35,549 nucleotides of DNA from Chthonomonadales bacterium (GTDB taxonomy: Bacteria; Armatimonadota; Chthonomonadetes; Chthonomonadales; Chthonomonadaceae). Within the stretch, counting starts at the first letter, position 1, and every line of letters begins with the position of its first letter. The position numbers were made by a program, and so were the translations under genes. The DNA lies in NCBI GenBank assembly GCA_038217285.1, contig JBBQPO010000021.1, forward strand, positions 1-35,549, in the 5' to 3' direction. This document shows, piece by piece, positions 9,637-19,183 of this stretch. A model generated the notes under the pieces. That model did not search any database, had not been told where the DNA came from, and saw only the letters and a program-made list of their open reading frames with translations.

Positions 9637-10161
9637 TTAATCCAGTTTCCGCTTCGCCAGAACGATAGCGCCAATCACGGCGATGAGCAGCAGAATCGAC
9701 GTGATCTCGAAGGGAAACAGCCAGGGCAGGTTCGGGTTGTACAGGGAGAGGCCGATAGTCTGCACCGTTCCCAGGTTCGCGATCTCCTCAGCATGGGCCG
9801 CTTTGGTCGGCATCTCCAGCAGCGCCTGTGAGAAGATGAGCGCAGTAATGAACATCGCCCCCAGTATCAGGGCGATGGGCCGCTGAATGGTGCCTCGCTC
9901 TTTTAACGCCTCCGGCGCACTCAGGTTCAGCAGCATGATGACAAACAGGAACAGCACCATGATCGCTCCGGCGTAGACCATGACCTGTACCGCCGCTAGA
10001 AACTGCGCGGAGAGCGTGATGTAGAGCACTGCGACCGTCAGAAAAGTCACGACCAGAAAGAGCGCGCTCCGCACCGGGTTGCGGGCGAGTACGACCATGA
10101 GGGCCGACCCGATCCCGATCAGAGCCAGTATCCAGAACAAAATATAAGACGCTGTCAGCAT
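9637..10161 (-). CDS. nuoJ: NADH-quinone oxidoreductase subunit J
   Basis: NPVRSALFL, QVMVYAGAIMVLFLFVIMLL and PFEITSILLLIAVIGA motifs; start moved to ATG 10161 so it does not overlap nuoH. Confidence 0.95.
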   Translation of the reverse strand: MLTASYILFWILALIGIGSALMVVLARNPVRSALFLVVTFLTVAVLYITLSAQFLAAVQVMVYAGAIMVLFLFVIMLLNLSAPEALKERGTIQRPIALILGAMFITALIFSQALLEMPTKAAHAEEIANLGTVQTIGLSLYNPNLPWLFPFEITSILLLIAVIGAIVLAKRKLD

Positions 10162-10168
10162 CAAGTGG

Positions 10169-11359
10169 CTAGTTCCTTTCCGCTGACTGGACCTGCGGAA
10201 CCGCGTTAGGGTTTGGCGGCACCGGACCATCGTTCGGTTCGCGCAGCAGGTTCAGACCCGCCAGCAGAAAGAGCCAGACGAGGCCCAGCGGCAGCATCCG
10301 TTTCCAGCCCAGGTTCATCAGGGCGTCGTAGCGCAGCCGGGGTAAGGTGCCGCGCAGCCAGATATAGAAGAAGATACCCATCATGATCTTCAAAATGAAC
10401 CAGAACGCGCCCGGAACCGCCGTGAGGGGCCAGATATTGAGCGGAGGCAACGACCCGCCCCAGAACACCGCCGCGTTCAGGCCACAGACCGTCAACATAC
10501 TGATATATTCGCTCATGAAGAACATGGCAAACTTCATCGAGGTGTATTCGGTGTGGAATCCGGCGACCAGTTCGGATTCGGCTTCCGGCAGGTCGAAGGG
10601 AGCCCGGTTCGTCTCCGCGATCATGGCGATGGTGTAGAGAACGACCGGCACACCGAGGCTGCCAAGCCAGAACCAGGAGAAAAAGCTGCCCTTAAGGATG
10701 TCGGGCAGCGACTCTATGCCGAACGGCTTGATGTTCTGCGCCTGCACGATGTCGGACAGTTTGAGAGAGCCCGCCAGCACGATGACGCACAGCAGCGCGA
10801 GACCCATCGAAAGCTCGTAACTGATAAGCTGGGCGGCGGCGCGCAGTCCGCCGAGGAGAGAGTACTTGTTGTTGGACGACCATCCGGCCAGGACGACTCC
10901 GTACACCTGCAGCGACGACATCGCCAGAATGTAGAGCAGGCCGATGTTGACATCTCCGACGGTAAACGGAACAGAGAAGATCCGTCCGGCCGCATCGTGG
11001 AAGGGAATGAACTGCCACGGGAGGACCGCGCTTCCGGCCAGAGCCGTGAACGCCGCCAGGACCGGAGCCAGATAGTAGATGCGCACATCGACGCTCTTAG
11101 GACGGATCTCCTCTTTGAAAAACAGTTTGATACTGTCGGCGACGGTCTGAAAGAGTCCGCGTGGCCCGACCCGGTTCGGCCCGATACGGTCCTGAATAAA
11201 CGCGATGACCGTGCGTTCCATCCAGACGAGCAGGGGCACGAGGCCGAGTGAGAACCCCAGGAAACAGACGATGGCGACATAGGGAACCAGGAGCGGCAGG
11301 GAGACGCCGTGCCACTCGCTCGGGAGAGAAAAATTGTAGTGGGTCAAATCGTCGAACAT
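10169..11359 (-). CDS. nuoH: NADH-quinone oxidoreductase subunit H
   Basis: QDRIGPNRVGP, GWSSNNKYSLLGGLR, AETNRAPFDLPEAESELVAGFHTEY and RGTLPRLRYD motifs. Confidence 0.97.
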   Translation of the reverse strand: MFDDLTHYNFSLPSEWHGVSLPLLVPYVAIVCFLGFSLGLVPLLVWMERTVIAFIQDRIGPNRVGPRGLFQTVADSIKLFFKEEIRPKSVDVRIYYLAPVLAAFTALAGSAVLPWQFIPFHDAAGRIFSVPFTVGDVNIGLLYILAMSSLQVYGVVLAGWSSNNKYSLLGGLRAAAQLISYELSMGLALLCVIVLAGSLKLSDIVQAQNIKPFGIESLPDILKGSFFSWFWLGSLGVPVVLYTIAMIAETNRAPFDLPEAESELVAGFHTEYTSMKFAMFFMSEYISMLTVCGLNAAVFWGGSLPPLNIWPLTAVPGAFWFILKIMMGIFFYIWLRGTLPRLRYDALMNLGWKRMLPLGLVWLFLLAGLNLLREPNDGPVPPNPNAVPQVQSAERN

Positions 11360-11370
11360 GTCAGTTCCTG

Positions 11371-13683
11371 TCAGACGCTCAGAGTTTCACGCACGGGCGC
11401 GGTATAGGTCACCGGAACGATGGCCGCAGGCTTCGGCTCTGTTGCGGGGTAGTTCCAGCGCACACCCGATTCGCCCAGAGTTTTGGGCGTGATACCGGCA
11501 TAGTGCGGCACCTTTTCGCCGATGTCGCGTAGAATGTCGCGGGCCGAGAAGTAGTTGGCTTCGCCGCCCATCTGCGCCGCGACCTCGGTAAAGATCAGCC
11601 AGTCGGGTTTGATGTCGGGGGCCAGATCGAAGGCCCGATAGATGCGCTGCACACGACGCTCGCAGTTTGTGTAGGTTCCGTCTTTTTCGGCGACGCTGGC
11701 GATCGGCAGGATCAGATCGGCCAGGCGGGCTGTGTCGGTCATAAAGAGGTCGTTGACGACGACAAAGGGGCAGTTCTCTACGGCCCGCCGCGCCAACTCG
11801 GGATCGCAGTAGTCGTTGACTACGTCGGCTCCCACGATCCAAAGCGTCTGCAGCATCCGGTCCGCCGCCGATTCCAGAATCTGATGGGTGGACATGCCGG
11901 TTTCGGCGGTCGGGACATAACCGGGGCCGACATCCGGTAGAACACCCATGTCTGCCGCGCCCTGGGAGTTGACTTCCAAGCCCGGCACGTTGAGGTTGCC
12001 GATGTTGCCGGTCAGGGTGACCAGATTGCCCAGCGCGGCGACGATGTCGGGATAGGAGGCATGCTCCGTGACCGTTTTGCCGACGATGATGGCGGTCGGG
12101 CTGTGCTGCAGAAGGCGCGCGGCGACGGTGATCTCGCTCGCTGGGATTCCGGTCTCCTGCTCGGTGCGCTCCGGGGTCCACTCCACGAGACTGCGTTTCA
12201 AGGCGGTCAGATCGAGGGCCGGGTTCTCGGGCAGCAGGTTCTCAGTGATCAGCACGTTCAGCAGGCCGTGCAGCAGGGCGATCTCGGAGCCGGGTTTGTA
12301 GATAAGATTGGCGGCGGCGAAATCGCTCACATTGGTCGTCTCGGAGGTGGCATGGTCGTTGGCATAGACAACGGTCGCGCTCTTGAACCGCCAGGCCTTG
12401 CGTATGCGCAGGAACAGCATCGGCTGCTCGTCCTGCAGATCCGCGCCGAGAACCAGCAGAGTCTGCATGTTTTCCAGATCCGCAATCGCGTTGCCCATAG
12501 TGTGATACCCGAAGCGGTTGTGCATAAGGCTGTTGGTCGGTCCCTGATAACGGCCCATCCGGTGGTCGAGATTGGGGCTGCGCAGCACCTGACGGAACAG
12601 CTTCTGAAAGGCGAAGTTGTCCTCGTTCGTCGCCTTCGCACCGCCGATACCGGCGACGCTCACGCCGGAGGTTTTGAGGCGACCGACGAGAATTCGGTAC
12701 GCCTCGGTCCAGTCTACCGCCACCCATTCGCCGTCGCGCTTGTGCATCGGCGTCTGGAGGCGTTCGGGAGAGGAGACATACTCGTGCCCGAATTTGCCCT
12801 TATCGCATGTCCACTCTTCATTGACGGCTTCGTTGAGTCGGGCGTTGACGCGCTGCAACTGGTTGACCCGATAGTCGAGTTTGATGTTGCAGCCGTTGGA
12901 GCACTGCGAACAGATGGAGCGCTGGGTCAACAGATCCCAGGGGCGAGCCTTGAATCGATACGTGCGGGACAACAGCGCTCCGACCGGGCACAGCTCGATG
13001 ACGTTGCCGCTGAACTTGCTGATGAAGCTGGTCTGCGCGAAGGTTCCGACTTCCATATCCGCGCCGCGCTTCAGGAAGCCGAGTTGCGCATCCCCGCTGA
13101 TGTCTTCCGTAAAGCGTGTGCATCGCGCGCAGTGGATGCACCGCTCGCGGTCGAAGACGACGAATTCGGAGAGCGGATAGGCTTTCGGGAAATGCCGTTT
13201 CTCCTCGATATAGCGGCTGGTCGGCGGGCCATAGAAGAGGGTATTGTTCTGAAGCGGGCACTCTCCGCCCCGGTCGCAGACCGGGCAGTCGAGCGGATGG
13301 TTGATGAGCAGCAGCTCCAGCACACCCTTACGGTCTTTGACCAGCGCGGGCGTCTCCGTCTCGATGACCATACCTTCGGCGGCGGGCATCGTGCAGGCGG
13401 CCTGCGGTTTGGGCATCTTGCGAACGGTGCCGTCGGGCGCGGTCGTCGAGACCTCCACGAGGCACATGCGGCAGTTCGCAGCATCGCCCTTCGACAGGCG
13501 CGCGTGATAGCAGAAGAACGGGATTTCCGTGCCGACGCGCCGTGCCGCCTCGATAATATTCTCGCCGCTCGGAACCTCCACCTGGATACCGTTGATCTTG
13601 ATCTTCACACGCTTTTCGGAAGGCAGATTTAGCGACTGTTCAGTTTGTGTCAGTCTGTTATCGGACATAGTTTCATCAACCAC
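11371..13683 (-). CDS. nuoG: NADH-quinone oxidoreductase subunit G (N1b, N4, N5 and N7 motifs); start may be ATG 13668
   Basis: FCYH..CRMC..AC, HPLDCPVCDRGGECPLQ, CIHCARC..CPVGAL, and CSQCSNGC..WTCDKG (N7). Confidence 0.96.
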   Translation of the reverse strand: MVDETMSDNRLTQTEQSLNLPSEKRVKIKINGIQVEVPSGENIIEAARRVGTEIPFFCYHARLSKGDAANCRMCLVEVSTTAPDGTVRKMPKPQAACTMPAAEGMVIETETPALVKDRKGVLELLLINHPLDCPVCDRGGECPLQNNTLFYGPPTSRYIEEKRHFPKAYPLSEFVVFDRERCIHCARCTRFTEDISGDAQLGFLKRGADMEVGTFAQTSFISKFSGNVIELCPVGALLSRTYRFKARPWDLLTQRSICSQCSNGCNIKLDYRVNQLQRVNARLNEAVNEEWTCDKGKFGHEYVSSPERLQTPMHKRDGEWVAVDWTEAYRILVGRLKTSGVSVAGIGGAKATNEDNFAFQKLFRQVLRSPNLDHRMGRYQGPTNSLMHNRFGYHTMGNAIADLENMQTLLVLGADLQDEQPMLFLRIRKAWRFKSATVVYANDHATSETTNVSDFAAANLIYKPGSEIALLHGLLNVLITENLLPENPALDLTALKRSLVEWTPERTEQETGIPASEITVAARLLQHSPTAIIVGKTVTEHASYPDIVAALGNLVTLTGNIGNLNVPGLEVNSQGAADMGVLPDVGPGYVPTAETGMSTHQILESAADRMLQTLWIVGADVVNDYCDPELARRAVENCPFVVVNDLFMTDTARLADLILPIASVAEKDGTYTNCERRVQRIYRAFDLAPDIKPDWLIFTEVAAQMGGEANYFSARDILRDIGEKVPHYAGITPKTLGESGVRWNYPATEPKPAAIVPVTYTAPVRETLSV

Positions 13684-13702
13684 CTTATCAAAGGAGAGGC
13701 GT

Positions 13703-15037
13703 TCAGGCCGCAGTCAGCGTCAGGAGCGGATTGACCCGTTCCGGTGTCGGCGGCAGAGCGTTTTCCCCGATGGGAGAACGCTTGTTCTTGATCCAGTATT
13801 CGAACTCGGGCCGGAACGATTTGATCGCGCCGACGATGGGCCAGCAAGCCGCATCCCCGAGCCCGCAGTAAGAGCGCCCGTCGATCTGCGAGCAGACATC
13901 GAGCAGCAGCTCCACGTCGCCCGGCTGTCCGTTGCCAGACGTGATTCGATCCAGAATCTTGTAGAGCCAGCGGGTGCCTTCCCGACAGGGGGTGCATTTC
14001 CCGCACGACTCATGGGCGTAGAACTCGGAGGTGCGCTTCATCAGCAGCACGATGTCGGTGCGGTCGTTGAACACCATGAAGCCGCCGGAGCCGAGCAGTG
14101 TGCCGTTCGCACCGCAGCTCTCATAGTCGAGGTTGATCTTGTCGAGCCGGTCTGCAGGCACGATCTGCACCGAGGAGCCTCCGGGGATGACCGCTTTCAA
14201 CTGGCCGCCCGTAACGCCTCCGGCTTCGCGCAGCAGCTCCAGCAACGGCGTACCGAGCTCGATCTCGTAGTTGGCGGGACGGGCGACATGCCCGCTCACC
14301 GACATGATCTTCGTGCCCTTGCTCTTCTCGGTGCCAAGCTTCGCGTACTCCTCCCCGCCGATCGTCATGACTGCAGTCGCCGCACAGAACGACTCGACGT
14401 TATTGACGAGGGTAGGCGCCTTCCAGATACCTTGCACGGTCGGCAGGGGCGCATGCGGGAACTTGAGGCGCGGGTTGCCGCGCTCGCCCATCAGGCTGCT
14501 CATCAAGGCCGACTCTTCGCCGCACTCATAGCTGCCCGCGCCGAGATGAATGTAGCAGTCGAAATCGAATCCCTCGACGCCCAGGATATTCTTGCCGAGA
14601 TAGCCTTTTTTGTACGCCTGATCGATGGCTTTGCGGACCTGCCACGCGACTTCGACATACTCACCGCGAATATAGATGTAGCCCTTCTTGCTGTGAGTCG
14701 CGTAGCCTGCAAGGATGACGCCTTCGACCAGCGTATGCGCCATCTTCAACATCAGTTCGCGGTCTTTATAGGTGCCGGGCTCGCCCTCGTCGGCATTGCA
14801 GATCACATAGTGGGGCGCATCGTAGTTCTTCGGCAGGCCGTTCCACTTGATCCATGTCGGGAACCCCGCGCCGCCGCGCCCGCGCAGACCGGAAGCTTTG
14901 ATCTCATCGATGACGGCCTGACGCTCCATACCGGCAGCGCGCCGCAGTCCCACATAGCCGCCGTGGGCCTCGTAGACTTCGATCTCCTCGATGTTCGGGA
15001 CCAGTCTATTCTTAAATAACAGATTGACAATTCCCAC
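13703..15037 (-). CDS. nuoF: NADH-quinone oxidoreductase subunit F
   Basis: GLRGRGGAGFP, NADEGEPGT, CGEESAL and ESCGKCTPCREG..CGLG motifs. Confidence 0.97.
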   Translation of the reverse strand: MGIVNLLFKNRLVPNIEEIEVYEAHGGYVGLRRAAGMERQAVIDEIKASGLRGRGGAGFPTWIKWNGLPKNYDAPHYVICNADEGEPGTYKDRELMLKMAHTLVEGVILAGYATHSKKGYIYIRGEYVEVAWQVRKAIDQAYKKGYLGKNILGVEGFDFDCYIHLGAGSYECGEESALMSSLMGERGNPRLKFPHAPLPTVQGIWKAPTLVNNVESFCAATAVMTIGGEEYAKLGTEKSKGTKIMSVSGHVARPANYEIELGTPLLELLREAGGVTGGQLKAVIPGGSSVQIVPADRLDKINLDYESCGANGTLLGSGGFMVFNDRTDIVLLMKRTSEFYAHESCGKCTPCREGTRWLYKILDRITSGNGQPGDVELLLDVCSQIDGRSYCGLGDAACWPIVGAIKSFRPEFEYWIKNKRSPIGENALPPTPERVNPLLTLTAA

Positions 15038-15053
15038 TGTCTTCAGACCTCTT

Positions 15054-15716
15054 TCAGAGCATTGGGCCGGGAGCGCCCTGCAGGGCCTCCTTGTCGGAGC
15101 TGCCTCCGCCGCTCTCGCCGGACCCAGGAATAAGTATCTTCACAATAGCATCGGCGAGTTTGGCGGGCGTATAGTTCTCACTGCGACGCAACTCGTCGAT
15201 AAGGCCCATCACGTTTTCAGATGTGATATGCGTAAAGTAGCGATCGCCGACCTGCACGACCGTCGCCGCGCCGCAGAAGTTCAGGCACTCCGCTTCGGAG
15301 AGCGTAAACTCGCCGTCCGCCGTCGTCTGGCCTATCCCGACGCCCAACTCGTGCTCCAGCTTATGGACGATGTCGTAAGCGCCCAGCACAGCGCAGGTGA
15401 GACAGGTGCAGACCTCCAGATGATGCCGCCCGCGCGGACGCAGGTTGTACATCGTGTAGAAGGTCGCGACCCCCTCGACTTCGGCATACGACAGGCCCAG
15501 ATAGTCGGCGACTTCCTGGATGGCGCTCGTCGTCAGGTAGCCGCCATACTCGCGCTGCGCGATCCAGAGGGCGGGCAGGCACGCGGCTTTTCGCTCCGGA
15601 TAGTGCGTGACGATCTCTTCCAACTCGGCGATGGACTGCGCCGAGAAGCGCCGCTCTCTGTCTGGAGCCGGTTTCGGCTCACGGGGACGTTCGGTCAGAT
15701 TGTTGGATGGTGACAT
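15054..15716 (-). CDS. nuoE: NADH-quinone oxidoreductase subunit E
   Basis: VATFYTMY, CTCLTC and ECLNFC [2Fe-2S] ligands. Confidence 0.95.
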   Translation of the reverse strand: MSPSNNLTERPREPKPAPDRERRFSAQSIAELEEIVTHYPERKAACLPALWIAQREYGGYLTTSAIQEVADYLGLSYAEVEGVATFYTMYNLRPRGRHHLEVCTCLTCAVLGAYDIVHKLEHELGVGIGQTTADGEFTLSEAECLNFCGAATVVQVGDRYFTHITSENVMGLIDELRRSENYTPAKLADAIVKILIPGSGESGGGSSDKEALQGAPGPML

Positions 15717-15726
15717 GCGGTGGCCT

Positions 15727-16977
15727 CTAGCGGTCTATCTCGCCGAGAATAATATCGATGCTCCCGATGATCGCGACGACATCGGCGATGACGCGGCCCT
15801 CACAGAGTTTGGAGAGGGCCTGCAGGTTCATAAAACAGGCGGGACGCTGATGGGCGCGATAGGGACGGTTGGTGCCGTCGCTCACGATGTAGAAGCCCAT
15901 CTCTCCCTTGCCGGACTCGATCGGGACGTAGGCCTCACCGACGGGCGGATGGAACCCTTCTGTCCACAACTTGAAGTGGTGGATGACGGCTTCCATGCTG
16001 TTGTCGAGTTCGATACGCGGCGGCGGCACGATCTTGCGGTCGCTGATGTTGATCGGGCCATCGGGCATATTTTCCAGGCACTGCTTGATGATCTCGCGGC
16101 TCTGATACATCTCCGCGATGCGCACCCGGTAACGGTCGTAGACATCGCCATACTCGCCGACCGGAATCGCGAACTTGAAGTTTTCGTAGCCACTGTAGGG
16201 TGCGGACTTGCGGATATCGATCTCCGCACCCGTGGCCCGCAAACAGGCGCCGCTGACGCCGATCTGCAGGCAGTCTTCCGTCGTCAGGATCCCGACGCCC
16301 TGGGTGCGCTCCCGAAAGATCGGGTTGGCGCTGAGCAGGTTCTCCATCTCTTGCAGGGCGCGGGGAAACTCATCGGCGAAGGTCTTGACACGCTCGAACC
16401 AGCCTTCCGGCGCATCGCCGCGCAGCCCGCCCGGTACGATCCAGGAGGTCATCATGCGGACCCCTGACATCATCTCTTTGAGTTCCAGAATTTTTTCACG
16501 CTGTGAGAAGGCGTAGAAGTAGACCGTCATGCCGCCGAGGTCGAGCACATGCGTACCGAGCCAGACCAGATGCGAGGCCAGTCGCTCCAACTCCATGAGC
16601 AGCACCCGGAGCACCTGACCACGCGGCGGAGGCGCGACATCGAGCAGTTTCTCCACGGAGAGCGAGAAGGCGGCGTTTTCCAGCAGCGAGGCCACATAGT
16701 CGATGCGGTCCGTCAGCGTGACCCCCTTCATATACGTCTGGTACTCCAGCTCTTTCTCGATGCCCGTATGGACGTAACCGATATGGGGCGTGGCCCGAAC
16801 GATCACTTCGCCGTCGAGTTCGAGCACGACGCGCAGCACTCCGTGGGTGCTGGGGTGCTGTGGACCCATATTGACGACCATCGTGGAGTCGTCGAGGACA
16901 TCCACTTCCACACCGGTTCCGAGGCTCGCGGAAGGACTATGAGGACTATTCAGTTCGTGCGTATTATCGATTGCCAT
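15727..16977 (-). CDS. nuoD: NADH-quinone oxidoreductase subunit D
   Basis: NMGPQHPSTHGVLR, DRIDY and GSIDIILGEIDR C-terminus; no NiFe CxxC motifs. Confidence 0.97.
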   Translation of the reverse strand: MAIDNTHELNSPHSPSASLGTGVEVDVLDDSTMVVNMGPQHPSTHGVLRVVLELDGEVIVRATPHIGYVHTGIEKELEYQTYMKGVTLTDRIDYVASLLENAAFSLSVEKLLDVAPPPRGQVLRVLLMELERLASHLVWLGTHVLDLGGMTVYFYAFSQREKILELKEMMSGVRMMTSWIVPGGLRGDAPEGWFERVKTFADEFPRALQEMENLLSANPIFRERTQGVGILTTEDCLQIGVSGACLRATGAEIDIRKSAPYSGYENFKFAIPVGEYGDVYDRYRVRIAEMYQSREIIKQCLENMPDGPINISDRKIVPPPRIELDNSMEAVIHHFKLWTEGFHPPVGEAYVPIESGKGEMGFYIVSDGTNRPYRAHQRPACFMNLQALSKLCEGRVIADVVAIIGSIDIILGEIDR

Positions 16978-16996
16978 GGCACTTCTCTCTTAAACC

Positions 16997-17635
16997 TTAA
17001 CGAGGCCTGTTCTCGCCCATTCGGTCGCTAGTCGGCCCAGTAAACGACTCTCCGGGATGCTGCACCGGTACTTCCGAGACCGCCGGGCCGACCTTGCCGC
17101 CCGGGAACTGCACACGCTCGCCGCCCAACGGATAGTCTTTGCGTTGCGGATGGCCGACCCAGTCCTCCGACATCAGGATGCGCCGCAGGTCTGGGTGGCC
17201 GCTAAAATGAATGCCGAACATATCGAAGATCTCACGCTCCGGGAAGTTTGCACCGGAATAGATCTCGGTCACGCTCGGCACTACGGCATCCTCTTCCGGC
17301 ACAGGAACCTTCAGAAAGAGCCGCCGCCCGGTGCCGTGAATCGTCCCGTTCTTCTTGTAGGGCATGGAGTAGAGATTGTAGACAACTTCGAAACGGTAGT
17401 CTTCCCGGTAGTCGAGATAGTCGACACCCAGACACTCAGAAAAGAAATTGAACTGAAGTTCGGGATCGTCGCGCAGCAGGCGGCAGACGTCGACAATGCG
17501 CTCGCGCCGTATCATGATGCGGGTATCACTGCGAAACTCGTTGACGTTCAGCACAGCGTCCGGGAACGCGGCGCGTATCTTTTGCAGTTCAAGAATCTCG
17601 TTGTCGGTGGCATTTTGGAGCGTGGTATCGGCCAT
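16997..17635 (-). CDS. nuoC: NADH-quinone oxidoreductase subunit C
   Basis: [27 protein letters not shown] and GHPQRKDYP motifs. Confidence 0.96.
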   Translation of the reverse strand: MADTTLQNATDNEILELQKIRAAFPDAVLNVNEFRSDTRIMIRRERIVDVCRLLRDDPELQFNFFSECLGVDYLDYREDYRFEVVYNLYSMPYKKNGTIHGTGRRLFLKVPVPEEDAVVPSVTEIYSGANFPEREIFDMFGIHFSGHPDLRRILMSEDWVGHPQRKDYPLGGERVQFPGGKVGPAVSEVPVQHPGESFTGPTSDRMGENRPR

Positions 17636-17636
17636 G

Positions 17637-18209
17637 TTAACGCGTCCCTCTCAGCGGTTTCATATCGCGCTCGACCAGCGGTATCGCCTGCTCCTGCGAG
17701 GTCGCTCCATAGGCAGGCAGACGAGGTGCGAGGGTCGGCGGTGCGATGCTGGTGGGGCCGGAGTTCTCGTTGCCGTAGCGCAGCGCCGGACGCGGCTCTC
17801 TCATCTGTGGCGTGACGACATCGCCCACTTTACCGGTGTCGCTCTCGTCCCAGTCCAGCGCCTTCTTTCCGATGATATAGCTATAGCCTACGAAAAGAAT
17901 CGCGACGAAGACCGCCATCTCGCAAAACTCAAACACCTTGACGGCATGTGGCAGCGAATGATAGGTGACCGCCCAGGGGTAGAGGAAAATCGTCTCGACG
18001 TCGAACACGATAAACAGCATCGCGACAAGATAAAACTTGATGGGGAACCGCTCGCGAGCGCTGCCGACCGGAGTCATACCGCATTCATACGAAGAAGATT
18101 TGTAAATCGAAGGCTTTTTGGGGCCGAGTATGGCAGAGGCGATCACCAGTCCGATGGCAATCGTGGCGGCGAGAAGTATCATCACCAGAAGCGGAATATA
18201 GTTACTCAT
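17637..18209 (-). CDS. nuoA: NADH-quinone oxidoreductase subunit A with ~69-aa C-terminal extension
   Basis: [18 protein letters not shown] and KKALDW motifs; ATG 18209 preferred over GTG 18227. Confidence 0.95.
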   Translation of the reverse strand: MSNYIPLLVMILLAATIAIGLVIASAILGPKKPSIYKSSSYECGMTPVGSARERFPIKFYLVAMLFIVFDVETIFLYPWAVTYHSLPHAVKVFEFCEMAVFVAILFVGYSYIIGKKALDWDESDTGKVGDVVTPQMREPRPALRYGNENSGPTSIAPPTLAPRLPAYGATSQEQAIPLVERDMKPLRGTR

Positions 18210-18317
18210 TGTCCCCGATGCCTCCACGCAGGCTACGCCGCGGCAGTGGTTTTGTGTTCCGTCGGCAGAGGGTAAAAAGAGCGGCGGAGCCGCTGCTGTT
18301 CGTGTCGTTCGGACGCA

Positions 18318-18353
18318 CTGTGAAATTTACCACAATCCCGGCGTCGAAGTCAA
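18318..18353 (-). promoter_or_regulatory. nuo operon sigma70 promoter with a Rex-like operator overlapping the -10
   Basis: TTGACT (18353-18348), 18-nt spacer ending TGG, TAAATT (18329-18324). CTGTGAA-ATTT-ACCACAA at 18318-18335 matches 11/14 positions of the Rex consensus. Confidence 0.6.
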
Positions 18354-18564
18354 TGTAACTGGGCAAAGGAAGGGACTTTTTTCTGGAAACCGCCTTTTTG
18401 TTCTGAAGGAAGGGAAGGGATGGGTTGGTTGAACGTTAGCGAATAGTGAGTTCAGTCGCTACCGCTGTCAAATATTAATTCGGACAGCTCCTGAGTATTG
18501 AGTGTTCGGATGACACTGCCTGTTTTGGTGTCGATGACAACTAATTGAGGAGTATTTACTGGCG

Positions 18565-18897
18565 TTATGCGACTGTTGTCTGTTCCTGGGGAACCAGAGC
18601 GTGACGGTGAATGGTTCGCTTGATCTCCTCGCCGATCTGCTCGGCGGCAATATCAAGCTCATAGGTTTTTTGCAGATTCATCCAAAAGGCAGCTTCCACG
18701 CCTAGCCACTGTTCCAGACGCAAGGCCGTGTCAGCGGTCATGGCACGTTTGCCAGCGATAAGTTGATAAAGCCGGTTCGATGGAACATGCAGTTCGCGGG
18801 CCAACTCTGCGGGAGACATTTGAAGCTCCACCAACTCGTCTGCCAGGATCGCGCCGGGGTGAATGGGATAAATGGGACGTTTTTCAGTTGGGGACAT
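18565..18897 (-). CDS. higA: HigA-family antitoxin (Xre HTH)
   Basis: PIHPGAIL, LARELHVP, GKRAMTADTALRL and FWMNLQKTYEL motifs; GAAGGA RBS before ATG 18897. Confidence 0.92.
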   Translation of the reverse strand: MSPTEKRPIYPIHPGAILADELVELQMSPAELARELHVPSNRLYQLIAGKRAMTADTALRLEQWLGVEAAFWMNLQKTYELDIAAEQIGEEIKRTIHRHALVPQEQTTVA

Positions 18898-18910
18898 CGT
18901 GTTTCCTTCG

Positions 18911-19018
18911 TTAGTGATAGTCAACTATTTCGATGTTGAACGGTGTAGGGGAATCGTCTGGCCACTCAGAGCATATGCGCCACTGTCGGTTGATGCGGAT
19001 ACTGGATTGTCCCTTCCT
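18911..19018 (-). pseudogene. higB: 3' remnant of a HigB (RelE-like) toxin gene
   Basis: My translation RKGQSSIRINRQWRICSEWPDDSPTPFNIEIVDYH* matches the canonical HigB C-terminus; there is no in-frame start immediately upstream. Confidence 0.85.
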
Positions 19019-19028
19019 AATAGCATAA

Positions 19029-19052
19029 ACGACGCACTACGTCAAGCGTCGT
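19029..19052 (-). promoter_or_regulatory. Palindromic operator around a TTGACG -35, probable higBA autoregulatory site
   Basis: ACGACGC-N10-GCGTCGT inverted repeat containing TTGACG on the minus strand, ~10 bp from the higB remnant. Confidence 0.45.
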
Positions 19053-19114
19053 GCGATGTGTTGCCGACTGTTGCGACTTTGGAAGGAGGAGGCTGGATGC
19101 TTTCCGCGTCATGA

Positions 19115-19144
19115 CGACGGAGCGCAGAAATCTGCGCTCCGTCG
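19115..19144 (-). terminator. Perfect 14-bp-arm hairpin after the lipoprotein gene (no U-tract)
   Basis: CGACGGAGCGCAGA-AA-TCTGCGCTCCGTCG. Confidence 0.5.
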
Positions 19145-19183
19145 AAGGGAGATGCCAACGTAAGCGGCGATACGTAGGCGCGG

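Noticed and set aside
9637..17640. Hidden or frameshifted nuoB/nuoI, or a hydrogenase-type complex
   Set aside because: No room at the expected junctions, no NuoI CxxCxxCxxxCP pair or NuoB motif in the ORF track, and NuoD lacks NiFe CxxC ligands.
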